NCBI GenBank assembly: GCA_031372065.1
Contig: JANMKN010000049.1
Coordinates: 1 to 39,964, forward strand
Direction of reading: 5' to 3'
Source of the DNA: Abditibacteriaceae bacterium
Lineage (GTDB): Bacteria; Armatimonadota; Abditibacteriia; Abditibacteriales; Abditibacteriaceae
DNA length: 39,964 nucleotides
Part shown: positions 1-8,519 of the stretch, piece by piece
How the letters are laid out: each line of letters starts with the position of its first letter
Numbering within the stretch: position 1 is the first letter of the stretch
Position numbers and translations under genes: made by a program
Notes under the pieces: generated by a model
Seen by the model: only the letters and a program-made list of their open reading frames with translations
Databases searched by the model: none
Told to the model about the DNA's origin: nothing

Positions 1-422
1 GATTGCTTCTTGGTTACACGGTCAGCTTTGGCGGTGCCTTTGGAAATCTCTTCAAAAGCGATAAACGGTGGCGGATTATAGGTTGCGTCACCTGTCAATT
101 GCACGCTGGGTGGAAATCCCATCACATCGGGAATAAAACCATTAAACAAATCAAGACGCGTTCCGGCACCTTGCGAAAAGAAGCGCCAGCCAGATTCTTG
201 TGCCCACAAACTGCAAGCGACAAAAATTTTACCGACTGTCCAATCGTGTTCATTTGTTGTAACCATCTTACGAATTAGCGCTCCGTTGATAAGTTCATAC
301 GGCGGCACGACGTGCGGCAAAGCGGCCCATTGTTCAACAGTCAGGCGCGAATCGGGCAATATCAAGTGTTTCGGCGCCCGCAAGCGGCGCGAAACAGGCT
401 TTTTGGAAATAGTTGTCGTCAT
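1..422 (-). CDS. Uma2 (DUF820) family PD-(D/E)xK endonuclease, 3' end outside window
   Basis: Not in the ORF track; translated by hand from ATG at 422 (GAGGAG RBS upstream). MTTTISKK...PYELINGALIRKM...EH...FIPDVMGF...PFIAFEEISKGTAKADRVTKKQ matches the Uma2 pattern (YELIxG, PD, ExxS, DRxxK). Confidence 0.85.
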   Translation of the reverse strand, partial: MTTTISKKPVSRRLRAPKHLILPDSRLTVEQWAALPHVVPPYELINGALIRKMVTTNEHDWTVGKIFVACSLWAQESGWRFFSQGAGTRLDLFNGFIPDVMGFPPSVQLTGDATYNPPPFIAFEEISKGTAKADRVTKKQ

Positions 423-443
423 GCAAACTCCTCGCTTTTGAAC

Positions 444-854
444 TTACTTTCCCTGTGCCAATTCCTGCAAAATCTGCCACTGCTCTTCCGAAACGGGCAC
501 CACAGAAAGGCGGCCTAAGCGCACTAAATCCCAGTTTTGCAGATCAGGATGCGCTTTGATTTGCGCCAACGTGACGGGTTTTTTCAAGCGCGCTTTGGCT
601 TTCACGTCGCACACAGCCAGTTTGGCATCTTCGCCTTCGGGATTGACATAATAACCGCGCGAAACTTCGGCGGTTCCCACAGCAGCGCGTTCATCGCCGG
701 TGTGATAAATAATGGCTAAATCGCCTTTTTCTATCGCGCGAATGTTTTTCAGTGCGGTGTTGTTGGTGACGCCATCCCACATCGTTTCACCATCGCGTTC
801 GAGGTCGTCGTAAGAGTAAACCGTGGGTTCTGTTTTGAGAAGCCAGACTTTCAT
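444..854 (-). CDS. EVE domain protein
   Basis: MKVWLLKTEP...WDGVTNNTA...GDLAIIYHTG...RLSVVPV are EVE family motifs; start moved to the second Met. Confidence 0.92.
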   Translation of the reverse strand: MKVWLLKTEPTVYSYDDLERDGETMWDGVTNNTALKNIRAIEKGDLAIIYHTGDERAAVGTAEVSRGYYVNPEGEDAKLAVCDVKAKARLKKPVTLAQIKAHPDLQNWDLVRLGRLSVVPVSEEQWQILQELAQGK

Positions 855-856
855 GT

Positions 857-917
857 CAGTGTTTGGTGGTTCGGGTTTAGTGGTCAGGAAATACTGCGCC
901 CTGACCACTGACCATTG
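857..917. repeat. Degenerate inverted heptamer (TGGTCAG/CTGACCA) repeat element
   Basis: tcagtgt ttggtgg ttcgggt ttagtgg tcag followed by inverted ctgacca ctgacca. Confidence 0.7.
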
Positions 918-919
918 CT

Positions 920-1687
920 TTACGCGCTTACATCCGAAGCCAGAAACATATTGTTGCCAACGCCAGTTACGGTGCTGTCTTGCGTGGCAGCGGTTGTGGG
1001 CGCGAGTGGCGTTATCATGCCGCGAAAAATGAAAAGGCCATCGGCGCTGCCTAAAATGGCTTCGCTGGCGGCTTCGGGATGCGGCATTAGGCCGAAAACA
1101 TTGCCCTGCGCGTTCATCACGCCCGCGATATTGGTCACGCTGCCGTTCGGGTTGGCGCCGACACTCACTTCACCGGCGCCATCGCAGTAGCGCAGCAAAA
1201 CTTGGCCGTTGGCTTCCATTTTTTTGAGCGTTTCGGGGTCAACGTAATAACTGCCTTCGCCGTGTCGAATCGGCATATACAAGCGGTCACCAGCGTTGAG
1301 CAATTGCAAGAAAATGTTGCGATTGTCCTCGACGCGCAGCCACTGGTTTTTGCAAACGAAATGCTGCCCGGCGTTGCGCCGCAAAGCGCCGGGCAAAAGT
1401 CTGGCTTCGCATAGCACTTGAAAACCGTTGCAAATGCCGAGAACGGGTTTGCCCATTAAAGCAAACTCCGTCACGGCATTCATGACGGGCGAAAAGCGTG
1501 CGATGGCGCCGGTGCGCAGATAATCGCCGTGCGCAAAACCGCCCGGTAAAATTAGCGCGTCGAATTCGCTAAGATCAGTTTCTTCGTGCCACACGATGCG
1601 TCCAGTGTGGCCCATGACATTTTGCACCACATGGAGGCAGTCGCGCTCGCAGTTGGTGCCGGGAAAAAGAAGGATGCCGAAGTGCAT
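920..1687 (-). CDS. purQ: Phosphoribosylformylglycinamidine synthase subunit PurQ
   Basis: FPGTNCE, PGGFAHGDYLRTGA, GICNGFQ (catalytic Cys), HGEG and MPHPE motifs. Confidence 0.97.
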   Translation of the reverse strand: MHFGILLFPGTNCERDCLHVVQNVMGHTGRIVWHEETDLSEFDALILPGGFAHGDYLRTGAIARFSPVMNAVTEFALMGKPVLGICNGFQVLCEARLLPGALRRNAGQHFVCKNQWLRVEDNRNIFLQLLNAGDRLYMPIRHGEGSYYVDPETLKKMEANGQVLLRYCDGAGEVSVGANPNGSVTNIAGVMNAQGNVFGLMPHPEAASEAILGSADGLFIFRGMITPLAPTTAATQDSTVTGVGNNMFLASDVSA

Positions 1688-1692
1688 TTTAG

Positions 1693-1755
1693 TCAGTGGT
1701 CAGTGGTCAGTGGTCAGTGGTCAGAAAGCACCAATGACAGCAGACAAATGACAAA
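1693..1755. repeat. Heptamer tandem repeat (TCAGTGG)x4 plus degenerate opposite arm
   Basis: Perfect tcagtgg x4 + tcag at 1693-1724, then caatgac/caaatgac-like units. Confidence 0.85.
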
Positions 1756-1756
1756 A

Positions 1757-2089
1757 TTAAGGATTAAGTGGTGGCGCGATAACGCCGGTTTGAGTGGCGG
1801 GGGCGGGCGCTGTGACGGCGGTGCCCGGCGATGTGTCGGGATCGGCCAAAAGGCGCATATTGTAATTTTCGATGACCGGATTGGCGAGCAGTTGAGCGCA
1901 CATTTGATCGAGTTCGTTTTGCAAGGCCGCGCCTGCCAAAGTGTCGCTGACTTTGACGTAAATCACTTTGCCGATGCGCACATCTTCCACGTCGCTGTGT
2001 CCCAATTGCTGTAAAGCCCGCAACACAGTTTTGCCCTGCACATCCAAGAGGGCCGGTTTCAACGTCACATGAATTTCTGCAATTGCCAT
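1757..2089 (-). CDS. purS: Phosphoribosylformylglycinamidine synthase subunit PurS
   Basis: VTLKPALLDVQGKTV...VRIGK...LLANPVIENY; adjacent to purQ. Confidence 0.95.
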   Translation of the reverse strand: MAIAEIHVTLKPALLDVQGKTVLRALQQLGHSDVEDVRIGKVIYVKVSDTLAGAALQNELDQMCAQLLANPVIENYNMRLLADPDTSPGTAVTAPAPATQTGVIAPPLNP

Positions 2090-2105
2090 AATTTCTCATC
2101 CCATC

Positions 2106-2200
2106 AATAGCATGCAAACTTCGCAAATAGCCGCAAATTTTCGCAAATCTTTTTGAAATTCGCGTTCATTCACGGCCATTTGCGAAATTTGCGTGCTATT
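2106..2200. repeat. Imperfect inverted repeat element built of CGCAAAT units
   Basis: aatagcatgcaaacttcgcaaatagccg ... cggccatttgcgaaatttgcgtgctatt; right arm contains the purB stop codon. Confidence 0.8.
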
Positions 2201-3554
2201 TAGAAGTTTCAACTAATTCTTCTGCCAAGCCAATATAATTGGCCGGTGTCATTTGCAAAAGGCGCTCGCGCTCGGATTCGGGCAGTTCCAAACTGCGAAT
2301 GAATTCCGCCATCGCTTGACGCGAAATGCCCGCGCCGCGCGTCAGTTCTTTGAGTTTTTCATACGGATTTTCGTGCCCGTGCTTGCGCATCACAGTTTGC
2401 ACCGGCTCGGCTAAAACTTCCCATGCCTCGTTTAAATCCTTCGCCAAGGCGTCGCGGTTGACCGAAAGCGCATCCAAGCCGCGCAAACACGAGCGAATTG
2501 CCAGCAAAGAATGACCCAACGCCGTGCCCAAATTGCGCAACGTAGAACTATCAGTCAAATCGCGTTGCAAGCGCGAAATTGGCAGTTTGCTGGCTAAGTG
2601 CAAAAGTAGCGCGTTACTGATTTCGGCGTTGGCTTCGGAGTTCTCAAAGTTAATCGGATTGACTTTGTGCGGCATAGTCGACGAACCAACCGCGCCTGCC
2701 ACCACTTGCTGCTTGAAATAACCCAGCGAAATGTAACTCCAAATATCGCGGTCAAAATCTACCAAAATGGAATCGAAACGCGCCACATTATGGCACAGTT
2801 CCGCGATCCAGTCGTGAGGTTCGATTTGCGTGGTCAGCGGGTTGTAAGTCAGGCCCAAACTTTCCACGAAATTCTGCGCGATTTGTGGCCAATGGGCTTC
2901 GGGATACGCCGCCGCGTGCGCGTTGAAATTGCCGACGGCGCCATTGATTTTACCCAGAAATTCCAAGTTGGCGTTTTGTTTTAATTGTCGCTGCCAACGC
3001 CACGCGAAAACCGCGAGTTCTTTGCCCAAAGTGCTGGGCGAAGCCGGTTGGCCGTGCGTGCGCGAAAGCATCGGCACGCTTTTGAGTTCGTCGGCCATTG
3101 CAAAAACGCGCGTTTGCAGTTTTTCCGCAGCCGGGCGCCAGACGTTTTCGATGCCGCCTTTGAGCATCAGCGCATACGCCAAATTGTTGATATCTTCGGA
3201 AGTGCAAGCGAAATGCACCCATTCCGAAACCTTTGCCACACTGGTGCCTTCGAGCTGCTCTTTGAGCCAGTATTCGACGGCTTTCACGTCATGGCGCGTG
3301 GTTTTTTCGATTTCCTTAACGCGCAGGGCATTTTCGTCGGTAAAACGGCGCACAAGAGCGCGCAAAAGCGTGATTTCTTCGTGATCGAAGCGCCGCACTT
3401 CCGGCAAATCGTCGTTTTGCGCCAAAGCGATGAGCCATTCGACCTCGACCTGCACGCGATAGCGAATCAGCGCCGCCTCAGAAAAATACGCGGCGATTTC
3501 GCTCGTTTGCTCTTGATAACGCCCGTCCAAAGGCGATACAGAATTTATGGGCAT
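2196..3554 (-). CDS. purB: Adenylosuccinate lyase
   Basis: SPLDGRY, TRHDVKAVEY, TSEDINN, RTHGQPA and GSSTMPHKVNPINFEN signature; start at MPINS. Confidence 0.98.
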   Translation of the reverse strand: MPINSVSPLDGRYQEQTSEIAAYFSEAALIRYRVQVEVEWLIALAQNDDLPEVRRFDHEEITLLRALVRRFTDENALRVKEIEKTTRHDVKAVEYWLKEQLEGTSVAKVSEWVHFACTSEDINNLAYALMLKGGIENVWRPAAEKLQTRVFAMADELKSVPMLSRTHGQPASPSTLGKELAVFAWRWQRQLKQNANLEFLGKINGAVGNFNAHAAAYPEAHWPQIAQNFVESLGLTYNPLTTQIEPHDWIAELCHNVARFDSILVDFDRDIWSYISLGYFKQQVVAGAVGSSTMPHKVNPINFENSEANAEISNALLLHLASKLPISRLQRDLTDSSTLRNLGTALGHSLLAIRSCLRGLDALSVNRDALAKDLNEAWEVLAEPVQTVMRKHGHENPYEKLKELTRGAGISRQAMAEFIRSLELPESERERLLQMTPANYIGLAEELVETSK

Positions 3555-3561
3555 AATTTTT

Positions 3562-3691
3562 AATAGAACACGGATTTCATACACGGAAACGGCACAGATG
3601 AACACAGTTTTTATAGGATTTTGCGTTAAACAGCCTTTAGAAAATCCGTGTCAACCCGTGCCGTTTCCGTGTATGAAATCCGTGTTCTATT
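3562..3691. repeat. MITE-like palindromic element, copy 1 (34-bp perfect inverted repeats)
   Basis: 3562-3595 aatagaacacggatttcatacacggaaacggcac is the exact reverse complement of 3658-3691; a second copy lies at 29451-29591. Confidence 0.9.
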
Positions 3692-4067
3692 CCACCTTTT
3701 CCAACACAGCGCGCATGGAGCCTTTGCAGGCGGGAATGCGCCAATCGGGGCCGTAATCGTGAATTTGTTGCTGACGCGCTTCGGCTTTTTCAAACGAACA
3801 CGTCGCGACGATAACGCGCTTGCGGGTGTCCACTTCCAGCGTCAGCAGAAACGCTTTTTGCAAGCTGAAACCAAAAATACTTTGCAGCATTTCGATGACG
3901 TAATCATAGGTGTGCATATTGTCATCGAGCAAAACCACGTTCCACGGCTTGTCGCCCCGCAATTCATGGTCATCGCTGGCGTCAATTTCTTTAATTGGCG
4001 CGATGGCAGGCGCGATTTCCGGCAGCGTAATGGTTTCGTCTTTCAATTCGTTTTGGACTTCGTTCAT
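3687..4067 (-). CDS. clpS: ATP-dependent Clp protease adaptor ClpS
   Basis: PWNVVLLDDNMHTYDYVIEML...FG...A motif; GAGGTG RBS. Confidence 0.92.
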   Translation of the reverse strand: MNEVQNELKDETITLPEIAPAIAPIKEIDASDDHELRGDKPWNVVLLDDNMHTYDYVIEMLQSIFGFSLQKAFLLTLEVDTRKRVIVATCSFEKAEARQQQIHDYGPDWRIPACKGSMRAVLEKVE

Positions 4068-4093
4068 GCAACTTCACCTCAACTACAACGAAT

Positions 4094-5191
4094 CTATTTT
4101 AGCGAACCTCGCGGCCCTTCGTCTTTTGGTGCTTGGCTTTCCTTACTTTCCTTTTTCAGCAGCGCCTTTTTGCGTGCGATGCCCCAGCGATAACCCGCTA
4201 ACGCGCCGCCTTCACGCACCACGCGATGACAGGGAACCGCTAAAGCAACTGGATTCGTCGCGCAGGCCCGCGCCACGGCGCGCGCTGCCGTTGGTTGACC
4301 GAGCATCTGCGCGATTTGCGCATAAGTGCGCGTTTGACCGTAGCCGATGGCGCGGAGTTCTTGCCAGACGCGGCGCTGAAAGGCTGTCGCTTGCACGTCT
4401 AAAGGCAAATCGAGATGCGGCTGTTGGCCTTCGAGATGGCGCAATAAAGTTTGTAAATGTGCTTGCAAATGTTTATCGTCGCGTTCGATTTCGGCGTGTA
4501 GGAATTCGCTTCGCAAAGCGCTTTCAAGTTCGTCTGGCGCATCGCCCAAACTAACTGAACAAAGGCCGAGTGGCGTGGCCGCGACCAGTAAAAAACCAAG
4601 ATCGCACGGCGCGATGCCGAAACGAATTTGCGCGCCTGCGCCGCCACGCTTGTAAGTGGCGGGCGTCATGCCGAGTTGGGTGGGTGCGCGTTCGTAAAGC
4701 GCGCGCGAACCAAAGCCCGCTTCGCTTTGCGCGCCGAGAATGGAATCGCCGTTTTTTAAGCTGGTTTTCACAATTTTGAGGCGCAAAGCCTCGCCATATT
4801 CGCGTGGCGAAACGCCCGTGACTTGCTTGAATGTGCGCTGCAAATGCCCGGCGCTCTCGCCAGTTTGCGCGGCTAATTCGCCCAAGGAAAGCGGCACTTG
4901 CAGATTTTCTGCGATTAAAAGGCACGCTTGTTCAACACGCTTGAGCGCCGCCGTTTTGCTTTCATCGGGTCGGCATCTTTGGCACGCACGAAAACCGGCT
5001 TGTTTGGCTTCCTCAATTGTCTCGAAAAAACGCGCATTTTCACGTTTGGGCCGCCGCGACGGGCACGACGGGCGGCAATAGATGCGCGTTGTCGTCACGC
5101 CATAGACAAAAGCGCCGTCCGCTTGCGTATCGCGCTCTAAAACCGCCTGCCAACGAGCAGTTTCGTGAGTTTTTTCTTGAATTTGTTGCAT
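4094..5191 (-). CDS. ada: Bifunctional transcriptional regulator / O6-methylguanine-DNA methyltransferase Ada
   Basis: Zn domain CRPSC and RACQRC, AraC HTH, C-terminal PCHR active site. Start is 5191 or 5200. Confidence 0.96.
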   Translation of the reverse strand: MQQIQEKTHETARWQAVLERDTQADGAFVYGVTTTRIYCRPSCPSRRPKRENARFFETIEEAKQAGFRACQRCRPDESKTAALKRVEQACLLIAENLQVPLSLGELAAQTGESAGHLQRTFKQVTGVSPREYGEALRLKIVKTSLKNGDSILGAQSEAGFGSRALYERAPTQLGMTPATYKRGGAGAQIRFGIAPCDLGFLLVAATPLGLCSVSLGDAPDELESALRSEFLHAEIERDDKHLQAHLQTLLRHLEGQQPHLDLPLDVQATAFQRRVWQELRAIGYGQTRTYAQIAQMLGQPTAARAVARACATNPVALAVPCHRVVREGGALAGYRWGIARKKALLKKESKESQAPKDEGPRGSLK

Positions 5192-5402
5192 GAATAGCAT
5201 GATAAGAGGCCGCGCGGCGCTTGTCTCTCCGTTTCATGCCTTCAAAGTGCTTTATTTATAGAGGCAGTATAATTCGAGTTTGCATCAGTTGAAGCGGTTT
5301 TGCTTTTTCGCGGTCAAAGTTTGCGAATGGTGAAATAATCAATACAGGTGATTTTTATGCCAGCAGTGGCGCGCCAATTTTAAGATGACGAATAAATTTC
5401 CC

Positions 5403-6590
5403 ATGAAAAAACTCATTTTGTTGACCTGTTGTTTGATGGCCGCGACGCGCGTTGGGGCCGCAGAAAAGAAAATGTATCTTTTACATGAAGTCAAACTCGC
5501 GGCCACCAAAGCGCGCCTTGCGGCGGGCGACCAAACCTTGCAACCGGCGCTGGATAAATTAGTGTCCGAAGCCGATAAAGCGCTGCAAAGCGGCCCGTTT
5601 TCCGTTATGCAAAAGAAACTGGTGCCGCCATCGGGCGACAAGCACGATTACATGAGCATGGGGCCGTATTGGTGGCCCGACCCGAAAAAAGCGGACGGCA
5701 AACCGTATATCCGGCGCGATGGCGAAGTCAATCCTGAATCGCGTGACGGCATCGATTCTCCCGCCTTTGGGAAAATGCGCTCCGGCGTCGAAACCTTAGC
5801 CCTCGCTTATTATTTCACTGGCCAAGAAAAATACGCCGCGCACGCCGCCAAACTCTTGCGCGCTTGGTTTTTGGACGCTGCCACCAAAATGAATCCCAAT
5901 TTGGAATTTGGTCAGGCCATTCCCGGCCTTGTCAGCGGGCGCGGCATCGGCATTATTGATACCGCCGGATTGCCGCAAATGCTCGATCACACCCTGCTTT
6001 TAGAAACCTCGCCGTCGTGGACAAAAGCCGATGTCGAAGGCTTGAAAAAATGGTTCGATTCGTATTTAAACTGGCTTCTTACCAGTAAAAACGGCAAGGA
6101 CGAAGCGAAAGCGAGCAACAATCACGGCACTTGGTATGACGTGCAGGTCGCGGCTTTTGCTTTATTCGTTGGCAAGCCCGAAATCGCAAAAAAGGCCATT
6201 GAAAGCGGCCAAAAACGCCTTGTCCAACAAATCGAACCCGATGGAAAACAGCCCGAAGAACTGGCGCGCACCAAAGGTTTTTCCTATAGCGCGATGAACC
6301 TTTCCGCCTTTTTCAACCTCGCCGATTTGGGCCAAGCTGTTGGCATAAATTTGTGGCATTTTGCGAGCGACGATAATCGCAGTTTGCGCCGCGCGCTGGA
6401 CTTTTTGGCGCCCTTTGCCGATCCGAATCAAAAATGGGAGCATCAACAAATCCACGAGGTAGATTATCAAATGACGCTTTTGCCCCTTCTCAAACGCGGC
6501 GCGGTTTTTGAAGGCGCACACTACGAAAACTTCGTCGAAAAAATGCCGCCCACCAAAGTCGCTGAACACCGCGCGCAGTTGATTTACTAA
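5403..6590 (+). CDS. Secreted alginate lyase family polysaccharide lyase
   Basis: Signal peptide MKKLILLTCCLMAA; SGDKHDYMS-GPYWWP, RRDG-NPE, MNPNL, GRGIGIID and NNHGTWYD motifs. Actual substrate uncertain. Confidence 0.88.
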   Translation: MKKLILLTCCLMAATRVGAAEKKMYLLHEVKLAATKARLAAGDQTLQPALDKLVSEADKALQSGPFSVMQKKLVPPSGDKHDYMSMGPYWWPDPKKADGKPYIRRDGEVNPESRDGIDSPAFGKMRSGVETLALAYYFTGQEKYAAHAAKLLRAWFLDAATKMNPNLEFGQAIPGLVSGRGIGIIDTAGLPQMLDHTLLLETSPSWTKADVEGLKKWFDSYLNWLLTSKNGKDEAKASNNHGTWYDVQVAAFALFVGKPEIAKKAIESGQKRLVQQIEPDGKQPEELARTKGFSYSAMNLSAFFNLADLGQAVGINLWHFASDDNRSLRRALDFLAPFADPNQKWEHQQIHEVDYQMTLLPLLKRGAVFEGAHYENFVEKMPPTKVAEHRAQLIY

Positions 6591-6594
6591 TTTC

Positions 6595-7080
6595 ATGCTT
6601 CACACGTTTCATTATTACGCGCCGGGGCCGGAAGAGCAGCGCGGCTTTGCTATGCAAGTTTTAGGCACGGTTATTGGGCTGGGACTTGTCGCGTTTTTTG
6701 GGGGGCGAAGCAGCGATAATGGCGTGCGTGGAATGTTGGTGGGCGCGGGCCTCGCTTTAGTTTTTCGCTTGATAAGTGCCGCGTGGCGATTAGAAAAAAA
6801 AGCGCGGCGCGCGCAGAACTGCGAAATTGGCGTGGACGAAAATGGTTTGCATTTGATCGATGAAAACGGCAAAGCGCAAAGGCTAACGTGGGACGAAATT
6901 CAAGACATCGGCCTCAAGGGTGGGCGCTTAAACGTCAAATGGCAAAACGGCTCTTTGGCTGTTGGCTCGCGCGAAATTGAAGACGGCATGACGCTTGTGC
7001 GCCTTGTTATGCAGCGCGGCCAAGATAATCAAGACCAGCCGCCGCGCAAAAGCAATTTCATTCCGCTGGAGCCGCTTTAA
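6595..7080 (+). CDS. Hypothetical protein with two TM helices and a small beta domain (PH-like)
   Basis: Starts 4 nt after the lyase stop; two hydrophobic segments, then IGVDENGLHL...LTWDEI pattern. Confidence 0.7.
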   Translation: MLHTFHYYAPGPEEQRGFAMQVLGTVIGLGLVAFFGGRSSDNGVRGMLVGAGLALVFRLISAAWRLEKKARRAQNCEIGVDENGLHLIDENGKAQRLTWDEIQDIGLKGGRLNVKWQNGSLAVGSREIEDGMTLVRLVMQRGQDNQDQPPRKSNFIPLEPL

Positions 7081-7193
7081 AACACAAAGGTCACAAAGAG
7101 GATTAAACCCAAAGACACAAAGAAAATTTAAAGTTCGCCCGTGTTACGCTTTCGCGTTAATCGTTCTTTTCTTTGGGTTTCATCTTCTTGGGA
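7081..7193. repeat. Degenerate inverted repeat element of CACAAAG units
   Basis: cacaaagaggattaaacccaaagacacaaagaa pairs imperfectly with ttcttttctttgggtttcatcttcttgg; right arm is inside the kinase 3' end. Confidence 0.65.
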
Positions 7194-8519
7194 ATCAGAA
7201 AAAATAACGTGGGCGCGGATGCCCTGGGTTTCAAGGTGCAGCGACAAAGTCCAGTTATTGTTAACGGTCACGGCTTTGCAAATGGCGAGGCCCAAACCGT
7301 TGCCGCCACTTTTCCAATGGCGCGATTCGTCTGGGCGATAAAATGGCTCAAACCATTTTTCGATGTGGCCCGTTTCAATAGAAAACGCGCATTCGTTCCA
7401 GATAGTAAGTTGCGGCGCGGCATTTGTCGAATCTACGCTCAAACAAACGCGCACATGGCCGCCGTTGGGCGCGTATTTGATGGCATTTTCCAATAGATTG
7501 CGCACCAGCATTTCGAGGTGTGTGGGCGGCGCCAACAATTCCACTTCTTCTAAATTCGATTGCACTTTTAAGCCTCGTTCTTTGATGGCTGGGGCCAATT
7601 GATTCAGGCATTGCTCGCACAAGCCAGTCATATCTACCGTTTCGGCAGGTGGCGGGTCAGGCGCGGCTTCCAGTTGATTGAGCGTCAAAAGTGCTTGTGT
7701 GAGGCCAATAAGACGGCGCGTTTGGCGCTGCACTGTTTGAAGGGCATCGCGGTAATCTTGCTCAGAACGTGGACGGCTTAACGCCACTTCGAGATGGCCG
7801 GACAAGGCTTGCAAAGGCGTTCGCAGTTCATGCGAGGCAGCAGCGTAAAAACGGCCTTTGCTTGCCGACATTTTGCTGAGGCGCGTTAGAAAACCGTTGA
7901 GCGTCGTCACTAAACCGACGATTTCCGCGTCGTTGGACGGCGCTTGCAACTGATGTTGGATTTGTTCGGGGATTTCGGCTTCGGCTTGCCGCGCGAGCGC
8001 TGCAATGGGCGACAATGCGTGTCCGACGAGCAGCCAAGCGCCGCCGCTGGCCGCGATAGTAACAAGTGTGCCGAGGCCCAGCAAAGCTAATGAGAGGTGG
8101 CGTAACTCGCGCTGTCGCGGTTCCCACGGTGAAGCCAAAATCACGCGGTGTTCGCGCCATTGTATGGCGGTTCTTTGCCAGTCGGAGTCAGGCTGCGGCC
8201 ACGCAGGGTGCGGGCCTCTGTTGTGCGCCAGAATGCGATTTTGTGCGTCCACGACGAACAAACTCATGCCCCGCGCATTCATTTCGTCGCCTTCTTCTTT
8301 TATCAACGCGGCGGGCGTGGCAAAAATCCATTCGGCATCTTTTAAATCGCCGCTCATTTCGCGCGCTAATTGGGTTAGCAAATGATCGGCGTTGTCACGC
8401 GCCTCGCGTTTTTGCAGCGCGACCATAGCGCTGCACGACAGCAACAACAAGAGCGCCGTCGCCACTGTGAAGGCGATTGTTAGGCGCGTGCGCATTGAGG
8501 CCGCAAAGAGTGTTTTCAT
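7128..8519 (-). CDS. Membrane HAMP-domain sensor histidine kinase
   Basis: Two TM segments, H-box ASHELRTPL, NLLENAIKY, FYR, GGNGLGLAI. Confidence 0.95.
   Translation of the reverse strand: MKTLFAASMRTRLTIAFTVATALLLLLSCSAMVALQKREARDNADHLLTQLAREMSGDLKDAEWIFATPAALIKEEGDEMNARGMSLFVVDAQNRILAHNRGPHPAWPQPDSDWQRTAIQWREHRVILASPWEPRQRELRHLSLALLGLGTLVTIAASGGAWLLVGHALSPIAALARQAEAEIPEQIQHQLQAPSNDAEIVGLVTTLNGFLTRLSKMSASKGRFYAAASHELRTPLQALSGHLEVALSRPRSEQDYRDALQTVQRQTRRLIGLTQALLTLNQLEAAPDPPPAETVDMTGLCEQCLNQLAPAIKERGLKVQSNLEEVELLAPPTHLEMLVRNLLENAIKYAPNGGHVRVCLSVDSTNAAPQLTIWNECAFSIETGHIEKWFEPFYRPDESRHWKSGGNGLGLAICKAVTVNNNWTLSLHLETQGIRAHVIFSDSQEDETQRKERLTRKRNTGEL

Noticed and set aside
4094..4150. Repeat-derived C-terminal tail of Ada
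   Set aside because: Resembles decayed CGAAG-type units but is too degenerate to support.
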